A stretch of DNA of 64,000 nt from Lingula anatina (Eukaryota; Animalia; Brachiopoda), in contig CM120642.1 of NCBI GenBank assembly GCA_051362555.1, positions 15,686,001 through 15,750,000 on the forward strand, given 5' to 3'. The position numbers and the translations under genes are program-made. The notes beneath the pieces were generated by a model, which saw only the letters and a program-made list of their open reading frames with translations, was not told the origin of the DNA and searched no databases. This document shows positions 15,548-27,200 of this stretch, in pieces. The first letter of the stretch is position 1; each line of letters starts with the position of its first letter.

Positions 15548-18500
15548 TTGTATGAGAGGTACGTTTGGAGTGGACAACAGTGCTAGATACCCGATTTGTC
15601 AGATATGATCTGTAGCACAGATTAATGAGCTATTCTAAGGTTGGGTGTGAACAGATAGGAAAGTGCGAGAGTAGTTTTCATTAATTTATCTTAAATAAAC
15701 TGGCCATCATCATGAAATCATATATCTACGTCACTGCTATTTGCAGATGCAGTTGTAAACGGGAAAGCAATCTTCAGCCCAGACGGAAACGGACCCGACA
15801 ATAGCGGCACCTATAGTCGGGATGGCGTGACAGTTAGCTACCGGAAGCGTGGCCCAGAGAAGATCTCTATTGTTGGACCTGTGACGTCACCAGTGCAACT
15901 TCAGGTAAAATTATTTTGAAAAATGTTCAAGTACAGTAAATAAATCTCACAGTTAACTGAATTTCAAGACAAAAGTCATCCCTTCACATCTTATCTGTCA
16001 CTCTAACTCTTAGAAAAAGCACGAATACGGAATACTTATTTTACTTATTTATGACGTACAGGTATTTATGTAACTGACGTTTTGCACATATATTCACACC
16101 AAACTTACTCACGCACAGTATGAAAGAACCCCGAGAAAAATTATTTAAGCCACAATGCAGAATATTCTTTAAGGTGTTCCTAAATATAATTTCAAACCAT
16201 TTCCATAATTGCAAGTTCAATATATGTCTATAGATTTTGTTTCAAAAAGTCTTAAAACAATAAATATTGAAAACCGTCACCCACGCTCAATTTGCCATTT
16301 TTTCGTGAGTCGTCTGTAAAAGCTGAATTCTTTGTCCTTGGGGAACAATTTATACCTTCCAAACAATAGGAAGTCATCTACTGCTGGCAGTAAGGCTAAT
16401 TTGACCTTGAGCTTTTTGAATAGACTGTGCCGTCTGCTGAGTAGTACTCACTGGCGCTCTCCAAGATTTCCTTTGCATTGTTTATAGTAGTAACAGTCAA
16501 GGTTGCAAGAGAGTAGCGTGAATTACTGCTCCGATTGGCTGGCCAACTCACCGCACTGGAAGGAAAAAGTTCCAGTCTAAGTGTTCAAATCATGGCACAT
16601 TGGCTAGGAATGTGACGTTAATGGACCCAAAGCCAATTACATGAATTACTTAGGGATATTTGGGGAGGTTTAATAATCCCAATATTTTATACTCCCAAAA
16701 CTGAATAACAGGTTCATTTCTTTACGTATTTTCGGCCAGAACTTATGGAATAAAAAAGGTGCTATCAACTCAATTAACAGCCTCTTTATTTCTGAAACCA
16801 GTGTAACGGCCGTTCCGTGATTCAGTTGATTTTTTCCCAATCTTGCTCATGGGCTAAAAATATCATTTACATCAAAGCATATAACAAGGTATGACAGGCG
16901 ATGGCATTTAATGATTTGTTTTAAAAAAGGCAGCCTTATTTTAGACAGCAATGGGTTCATTTCTCAGCGACCTGTCTTTCTGTGGATTCTTCTAATTGAC
17001 CATGACCGTTAGGTAATAAAGATATATTATATTTCTGTGATACGATATCCATCAGTCGCAGTGTAAACGACGAAGTTTAACATTAGTCTATCCATGCAAA
17101 TTGTGCCTTAAAGATATTTGTAGAATCAAGGCAAGCAAGTAATGTGTCAGTGCCGAGGACATAGAGAGTGACACAGAAATAAGACAGGTCTATCACTTTC
17201 AATTTACATCAACACAATGCCCATGGACAAGTGTAAATAAGTTATTATCTGAATGTATGCTGTACTGAATCCGCCATGAGATCAGTCACTGCACGGTGGA
17301 AATGTCAGGAATTTGGTCGATTATCCACAAAGGCGATGCCGGTTATATCTCTGCATTGATTTTAATTTAACTTAAAAGTCCTAGGTCGGTGACCTTTTCA
17401 TTCATTCGACTGGCACTATTAATTTCTTTCTTTTTTTCTTTGTTCCAAAACAATTTCCTTTCTTATCAATATTACATCCACATTAAGTAGTGCGAAAGAA
17501 AGCGGGGTCGAATTTGAACGGCACTTTGGGCCTAACGTTAACTCAATATTTGACCTAAAACTACCTAGAGTTCGTGAATGGGCATCTTTTACTGCCAATC
17601 TTCCGGGTTAGCCTTCTGCACATTAACTATATCTGTGTAGTATTCTCTATATGAATAAGATGGTACTTCTTAGTGGCAATCTGCAAATGGCACCCAAAGT
17701 AATAAGTGACTTTTCACAGTAAACAATAAACTTTGTTAAATGCTAAGCTTCATTTTGTTTTTATATATCACACCATATAGCCTTATGTCCCAGACATACA
17801 TGTTTAGTATCGATATGTGCTTTATCTGTTATACGTTTTACTTTAATGGATATTTAAGAGTATATGTCCTGTTAACCAAAATCAGGTATAAACGACATTA
17901 TAGAAATTGTAATTATAACATTATTACATAATGTTAATGTACATTATTAATCTTTGATTAGATACCTGATGTATGGTCATTTTGGTGGTGACATCATATC
18001 AGTGATATCAGGGGTAAAAGTGCTACTTTTGGTTCCTTGATATTCTCTTTTACCTGAGCTTGAAACCAAAAAATTCCAACGGCAAATGGGAGCTGTGCAT
18101 AACTTATATTTATAGGAGTCTACGATCGATTTTCTTAAAAGCACTACGTTAAGATTTTATCACGAAGAACTTACACCAATTACAATTAACCTTTTAAACA
18201 AGACCGCTCAAGATCTAAGTTTTCAAGGATGTTATCAAATTAGTGGCATTGGATTGTAAATGTTCTGAACGCCTTTGTCAGCTACACCAAGTTAAGCTAT
18301 TTTATCTGCAGCAGTTACAGAGTTATGTATATATCCACCTAACCGATGCTATGCACACCCTTATTGGAGTATGTGTCGTAAAAAAAGCTCCAAGGTGCTT
18401 CACCGCTTAAAAAATGGGACCTTAGCACAATGACAGCCCAACCTATTATCGATATTTTGATTGACAGAAGTCCCGATATACCGGGTGTGATGGAATGATA

Positions 18501-21500
18501 CAAAGGTAGGAAAATGAAAGAAAAAACTCAAGTTAGGTCACATAACGACATGTTTCCTTAACAAGTATTCCTGACCTCAGCTGTCCTAACTTAATCCATG
18601 TACATGTCTAACCTTTTACTTCAGGTCTGGAGACAATACGGGGACGGTTACGTAGGTGTTAACCCAGAGATTGCCTACAAATACTACGAGGCTTCCAATG
18701 TACAAGTATCGAGTGACTTCCAGTGGAAATCCAAAATCACACAGTGCTCTACGTCTTGTGGAACAGGTGGTGTAACCATTTTGTCTTTGTTGCTTTTCCG
18801 CAGTCTTTGAAATTCGATGCACAGTGATTTTTATCGAAAACAAAACTTTGTAAACTGATTGTAACGTTAAGTTTACCATTACTAAAGCCAAGGACGTATA
18901 TTCAATAAACGTCCTTGGTAAAGTTAAGCAGAGACAAAACGACAGGAACAAAATAAGAGAATGTGTGGAGAGAAGGAGAGAGAGTGTGTAAAGTGTGTGT
19001 GTAAGCAAGCAAAGAAGCAAAATGAAAAATAAAGAAAGAAAGGAGAGTGTAGACACACAGCAAATAATACAAAAAATAAAGTAAGAAATAAGGAGAGAAA
19101 AAGGTAAAAAATGCCTAGTTTTTATACCAGATTATAATAATCACACTCATCAACAAAGAAATGTTCCAAACATGAACAGCACGATTTTCTACCATTTAAA
19201 GGTCAGCAGCTCTCCGAGGCGTACTGTGTCCGCATGACTGACGGAACCCAGGTGGCCCACCATTACTGCGACTTCCGGACCAAACCAAGCGTGAACAGTA
19301 GGCCGTGTAATACCCAACCTTGCCCAGCAAGGTAAAAAAGCACATGCACAAACATACAGACGCTCGCCCGCAAATTTTAATCGATGTCGAGAAGTAGGCA
19401 GACACGGCACATGTGGCATATACACACACACGGATGAATTCCAATTACACATTAGAATTGGACAATTTTTTTTCGACATCCACCACAGTACAAGATACAC
19501 CACTCGTCAGCAAGTTACACACACACACACACACACACACATACACACGTACACACACACACACACCTTATGGTAATATTCAGAAACGAGTAACCAATTC
19601 AACCATCAGTTTACATTCTATTTTATCAGTGTTTATTTCCAACATATATAGCCCTACTTCGATCACATAAAAATCATTTGACTTCAGCAGGATCTCAGTC
19701 ATATATTCCAAATCAAAGCTTCACTTTTACTTACATTTGGAATCATTCCAACATCGTGTTCAGTTATAGACAGTGAGTCGTGACGCACTCAGAAGATATA
19801 ATTATGATCACCATAAAGGCTCTCAGCGTTCTCTAACGGATACAAAATATTAAACAACCACTAAGAGCACTGGCTCAGAACAGCCCAATTAGGCGTGCAT
19901 TGATCTTGTAAACGCATGGACAGCTTTTCCGTCCTGCAGGATCACTTAAGTCGTAAAGAAGCGTCTGCTTGGATGACTTTAAGGTGTTTGTGACATGTTT
20001 CGAATGGCTGTTGGCGGCTGGTTCTAATTTTAGGGGAAAAAGTTCAAGTCACTTAAATTGTTTTTCTGTGTTTCTGATCATTTTCCTTCCAACTCATTCC
20101 CATCTTTGGCTTAGTTGAAGGCCTTTGGGAAATAGACCTAGTCTCAGGGATTAGTGCAAAGTATTCCCCTGTCCTTTGCTACGGTAAATCATATACTTTT
20201 GCAGAATATGGCGCTTTAAGCATTTCGTCGACATTTCCCTTGCCCCAATAACGATAAACGCTTTAAAAAGACGTGTGATTATTGGTAATTTTTCTGCACG
20301 GACACAAATGAACATTATCTAGTTTATGTAAATATCTGAGGAATCAATCGTTTAACTTCTATTACTGCAGCAATACAACAACCTGATTCATTTCGCCTAC
20401 TAGAAAACAGCCAAGGTATTTTGATGTCTTCGGTTGATAATTATTTAAAGATTATCTCTCTTCACGTTAACAATGTACACAGGCAGTCTTTGGCAGAATT
20501 TTGATTGGGGATTTTTCCAAAATTTATTTTATCAATCTCGCATTATGTGAAAGCAGTAGTAGCCCGCTAAAAGGAATGGTAGTCCATTTCCCTTTACTCT
20601 GTACAGGCGGCATTCGCACCATATACTGACCCCGATACTTACTCATCCTTAATTAGTCTTCCTTAATAAACCCAGCAATTGATTTGCCTATTTACTGTGT
20701 TTATAGGTGGTCAGCTGGCGCATACGGGGCGTGTTCTCAGACCTGCGGGGGCGGCGTAATGCGAAGGCAGGTGATGTGCGTCCAAATGAACAACAAGGTG
20801 GAGGAGGTCATTAACGACAGACACTGCCAGAACCTCCAGAAACCGGCAGTGGCGGCGGAATGTAACCCAGACGTATGCCCGGGCGTGTGGAAGACAACGG
20901 ACTGGTCACAGGTGAGGTTAGACATTCAGGACATACCTGTGCTCTCGTTGTGAAAAGTGTATTGGTCCTGAATTACTATGACGAGAAAGAGGCAGAAGTG
21001 CGGTTATTTTGATCTATATGGGATTTTAGTGTGTGCTTAAACCAAACCGTAAACCAAACCAATTTTCTCAGAAAAGCGGTACCCAAACAAATAGTTTGTG
21101 AATTAGTAATTCATAATTCATCAAGTCTTGTAAAAAAAGCGTGTAAATGTGTAAATTCCAAATCATCTGCATGTTTCAAAAGAGGTAATAACCCTAAAAA
21201 GTACAGGATGATGGTTGAGTAATCCAAATACAGATGATGAAAAATGCAAACTTACAAGATATAGAGACGAAGTTCATTTCAGGATCTTAACTTAGACAAT
21301 CTGGCAGCTTTGTTTGTGGTTCTTGAAACGAACCTGAAACTTCGGAGTTGGAAACAGTTATACCAAGCTTTTTAATTATCATATAAGTTTACAAGTTGTG
21401 GTTATGACAAATGAGGCTAAGACGGCTGGCATTTGTGAGGATAAAACACCGCAGAGTTATTAAGACACCTCACATTGTTATTAAAATACACCAGCGGGTT

Positions 21501-24211
21501 TGTAAAGTTCATTTTGCGCGTACATAACGATTCGCTGGTCCAGGCACACACTGAATAACATTATATTTATTTACATTGAAAGGCAATTTACTTATGTAAA
21601 TAGGCTTTTTGTTTAATCATTCACGTAATTTTCACTTTACGCATTGCTTGATTTGGACGCACACACGCACCAAGTTCCTTTTTTGTAAATAAGGTTAGAT
21701 TACGTAGAACTACTTAGGATTAGGAAGGAATACTTAGAATATCTCGTTTGCGGACATGTTAATGTGCCATCCAGTAAAGAGAAGAACACTCTTTATGATT
21801 TCTCATTCAAAGTTCTATGGTACAGTGTACTTGCATAACTTCAAAAGTCCTAGGTTTGTGGCATTATCATTCATGCGGCAGACACTCTTAGTTTATTCCT
21901 TGTTCCAAAACAGTTTCTCTCCTTAACAATATTTATCTGCATTTAGTTATGCAAAAGAAACCAGGACCGAATTTGAAAGACATTTACAACATTTTTTTGT
22001 ACGCTGGTATTTCAGTGTTCCGCGTCATGCGGTATTGGGAAGAAAACCCGGACTGTGTCCTGCCATAAGAACTACCACTCCAATGAGGTGACATCGGAGA
22101 GTAGCTGTATTGCTTCTTCTAAACCGCTAACTGTGGAACAGTGCCTTTTGAGGAAATGTGAGTGAAAGGAAACTGTCTTTGTATGGGTTATAACGCAGAA
22201 TTTTGATGATGAAGATGGCGGCGGTTTGCAGGGTTCTGAAACGTGGGCGTACGTTCCAGGCCTTTTTTTGTTGACAATTAAACAATTTAACCAATATCGT
22301 TCAACGACTGATGTTCACTAAATCCTCATTTTCCATCCAGTTTAAACATTGGGGTAAACAGCAGGAAACCTTATTTGTCAAGTACCCTGTTTATCTTCGT
22401 TTGTGTTTTTTTCCAGTAGTTTTCATGTATTTGGATGAATCTTAGAGCATTTTGGAACAGAATTTTTATTGAGATCATGTTGAGCCGTGTGTCAACATTA
22501 TTGATGTTTCAGACAAATAACAAACCAATGAATGTTGCCTTATATACTATAATTCCCGAGAAAGAAGTTATACAAATGTGTTCGTCAAAATGTTATTAAG
22601 CCTTAGAAGCTGGTGTTAATTGAAATCCCTTGCGTGATTTCTCATCTTCTTCATCTCAGATTTACTTGGTTTTGTGGATAATTTTTCACCTGACATTTTA
22701 TAGGTTCCGGCTCATGTAATGATGTCATATCTGACTGTGAGAGTTACGGAGCAACAAGCTGCCACGAGTACACGACGTGGGCAACTAAAAACTGCGGCGC
22801 GTTCTGTGGTTTCTGTGGTGGCACCGACTTTGGTAAGATTAGTCATTATTTTGCTCATTATCCTTTAGTTTATGATGATTATGAAACCAGTATTTAATCC
22901 CAGGTCTTCTTGTTTTTCTTTGGCGACATTTTACATATTATTTTATTACACCTGGGTCCTTCTCACATTTACATACATGCAAATCATTTTACAGATACTG
23001 CTAAGCTGCCGTATGAGGCACTGAAGTCTAGCATACAAACATTGTCTTTCTCTCCCAGAACAAGCACTTTTACCCTGTCTTCCATTCCTAAGTGCCGTGC
23101 ACCATGCATACGTTTAGAGCCATCAGGTACCGTTTATGAATGACCGGTATGTCCCCAAATGGGGTCAAACCCACCCCACGTCCGCCCGCTCAGGAGGTGG
23201 ACACTATATATACTACACTATACAGAACATAACCACGAGAACATTTGGTCAGTACAAGGCAACTATGCAATTCTGACGACGCAACATGCAACACAATTCT
23301 TGTAAAAATCCTGAATCTTGTAAAAATCCTGAATCAGACAAACAAACCGGTTTTTGCCTGATGTTTTTAAAGGATATTTTGTTTTGTTTGTGTGAATCAC
23401 ATCGACATGTCATGCACTCAGTATTTCATGATATGGTGGCAGTATGTTTCTTTTGTTGAAAAAGGAATTCCTCTACAAAACTGGTGCAGTTAATGGAGCA
23501 TCTCCTGTCCTCGATTTTCCAAATTCCACAACGGTTTAATATCAATATTGCAATTATTCGACTGTTTTGGTTATTATCAACTGGCGTTATTGCCTCTTCC
23601 TTTATAGTTTCTGTCGAGTGGTAGTGAATCAATCCACTGGCGCCTTATACTATCAGGTCATCTTTCCATTTGCAGAGAGTTAATCTACTTGCGTAATATC
23701 TCTAATGTTATATATCTATGGGTTGGCTAGTTGGAGTCGGGCTTAATGCTGAATATAATTTAGTCGTGGAGAGTCACGACTAGATACAATTGCTTCCAAT
23801 TTTGTGTTATGTGCAAAGTGAATTGCACTTCCCAACCCTCCCAAATTGCCTTTCAAATTATTCACAACACATTGAACTTGGTATTAAAAGTGACAGCGGT
23901 TTGGCGAAATGAGCCGTCTGCGTCGTTTTTGGGTTCAGGGCCACTCATATAACCGCTTTGTTTGTTCATACGTGCTCAGTATATATTATTATTTTAACAT
24001 AAGAATAGCTTTTTTTGTCGTCTAGTGAGAAAAATTGCAAGTTTATTCAACTCATTCGACTTCACGCAGCAAGTTCAAATTGTTACAAAAAGATCAGAAT
24101 ATATAACGAATATTGTTCCCAGTTAGCAAGAAATATGAATAAGATATGCCTTCATTGTTTGCTTTATACCATTTATCATTTTGCGGTTTGCAACGAGGAT
24201 ATCAACTGTAT

Positions 24212-24242
<31 letters not shown>

Positions 24243-27200
24243 GGGGCGGCGGTGTGGACAAAACGCCTGTTTAATTTCTTTTAGTGACTAGCCAAATCAT
24301 GTGGAATATAGAGAGAATCGCCACCACCATATGTCTATATGTTGTCTAGTTTACACTACGAATGGAATGGGCATAAACAGGGTTACTGCTTAATATGAAA
24401 TATTTTTTATAATTGTTATTTTTGAGTGCTGATTAAAATTATTTTGGCTTGATTCATCAAAAAAGTATGTCACTGAGTGATTAAAATATCCAGTCTTCTG
24501 TTGCGAGATATTTTGGTCAATAATATCTAATCTGACATAAGATGTCATTCAAAAGAAAAGAAAACCCCCAGAAAACCATATCAACGGTTTGATATCAGTA
24601 TTAACTTAAAGCTAAGATATTAAAGAAAATGATAGCCTTCGGACAGTGATATGTTACACAATCAAAGAACTCATTACAGTAAATCATGAAAAGTCATCAA
24701 TAACGGGTATGACCTCCAGCAAATAGAAGCATCGTTTGCTGTAGAATGTCTCTGTAGAAATCCTGGTTGAGGTTGCCTCCTAGAAAAACCAACTGGTTCT
24801 AGACACCGACATGAAATGCTCCCCAAACTTAGACGTTACCACCCCCTGCTTGCACCCTAGGCAGTACACAATCATCGTTTTATGCCTCTCGTACACGTCG
24901 GCGGACACGGATTCGACCGTCATCCCTAAAAATACATATCTGCCCTCATCACCGAAACCGACGTGATTCCAGTGTTTTGGCTTCAAACTCACGTGGTCCC
25001 CAGCCCATTGCAGACGTCTCTATATATTACCTGCTGTTAACAGTGGTTTCTCTAATGGTATTCTTGCAAAATTACCGGCTTGCAGTAATCTCTTGTTCAC
25101 GAGGAACCTTGAAACGGGCGTTTGAATGACATTCTGCCACTCTTTTCTGAGGACACTGGTTGTCTTTGTACGACCAGCACGGCGCACTCTAAGGAGAAGG
25201 CGATCCTGTCTTCTTGTTGTGATACGCGGACACCCTGTTTGAGGTATTGGTGTAGGTGCCCCTTTTGTAGCATTTCTTTGGAGGACTTTACTAACGTTTC
25301 CTGATAAATGTTGAATTCCCTGGCAATGGCTGTCCGTTTCTGGCCATTTTCTCTGACAGCAAGAATCCCATTGTAAGCTGCGTTGCTTAGCTGTCGAACC
25401 ATATTTTCTATAAGGTAACTATCAAGTTTCAGAGCGATCACTTTGTTGCTTCTCTAAATACACTTCAAAGATTGACCAAACCCATGCGTTTTTTTTACAA
25501 GGGAAGAAATTGACCACCCCTCATATTTCTGACCACAGAACATGCAACTGCATGCATCAATTGTTTCGAGAGTTGTATGGTAGTTAGGTAACCTGGCTAC
25601 ACATGGAGTGCCACCTCAGTTTAAATTTTGAAATAGTTGGAGAGAAAATAAATATTTTGTAGAAAATTTAGTCGCCAAAAAAAAAAAAAGAAAAATTCCG
25701 TATTAAGTAGTAACCCTGTACACAGGGGAAAGTAAAAAAATAAAAGTCTTGGTGTCTTTTTTCTCTAGGACTCACTACCAGACACACTAACGTGGTCAAC
25801 AGTGGAAGATGTGCCTAAATACCGACTAATTCACAAATGGAGCCGACCAATGAGCAGAAAATAATTTTATTTCGTGTTTACCTCTCATTTTCTAGGCTCC
25901 ACCGCCGACTGTACTGACGAGGTCAACTGTGCGGAGTTTGGGGAAAACGTGTGTACAGAATACGCTGGCTGGGCAAGCACTAACTGCCGCCGTCACTGTA
26001 ACCTATGCTCTGGGGCCGCCACCACCACGCCTGCCCCTGCCAGTAACTGTCAAGACCAGGTAGACTGCACTCAGTACGGTGCCGACATATGTACTTCCTA
26101 TGTACAATGGGCCACGGAGAACTGCGCTCGCCATTGTAATCTGTGTGGTAGCATCGAAACCACCACAACTACCACTACTACTACGACGACGACTACAGGT
26201 ATGGCCACACCAAAGGCATGCGAAAATTCGTCAGTGGACAAATTTTGTCATCCTTGACGTAGAGTATTGTTAGTTTTTATATCTAAAACCATTAAGAAGA
26301 AAGTTTGCATTTTTGTAGGATTTTGTTTTATTTGCTTAATTTTAGTGAGAGCCAATGTTGATTAAACACAACTCTTTGTAGTAACATTGTCTTGGACAGG
26401 ATTAAGAGGTCAGCCCAGAATTTGACTAATATTTGGATGTATTTTGAACATTTCAGTGGCCACTACGACTCCAATCAACACCGGGTCTGCTGTTTGCGCA
26501 GACGACACTAATACTGACTGCAAAGCATATGGCCAAAGCGCATGCACAGAATATCGTACATGGGCAGAGCAGAAATGTAGAGAATTCTGTGGTTTCTGTC
26601 AAGGTGAACGTCTGTTTATTTATGATAAAACCCTTTTTAACAAAAACATTTCTTGTATGAATGTTTGAAAAATCTTGTATACACTCAAAAGATTGGAAAT
26701 AAGTAAGCTCATGTAATATTCAAAAGTTAAATACCGAAAAAACCAACTGCGGCACATCCGATGAAGCAACATCGTTCAAATGCCACAGAATAATTTTTTC
26801 ATGGGGACACAACACTTTTTTGACCATTTCAGATACAAATAACGTAGGAGCTGGTACTTCCACTGGACAGTGCGCTGATTTAGAAGACTGCCCCTCATAC
26901 GGTGACAATGTCTGTACAGAATATAAAACTTGGGCTGAGAAGAACTGCAGGAAACATTGCGGTCTTTGCCAGGGTAATTCTGCCCAAGATCTTTAAATCA
27001 GGCTGCTATTGTATAAAACGCTTGTTTTTTTTCAAAAATCCTGTATTATTTTGCTTATTGTTGTATTTTCAAAGAGGAAGTGCTTCTTTTTGTTCAAACA
27101 ATATTGTGTTAAGAATGTTGCATCTAGAAGCTGCGTGCATTATATCTTGCGAAAGAGGGGCATAGTTTTAAAGCTTGGTCGTTTCAAAAAGTCGGGTAGG

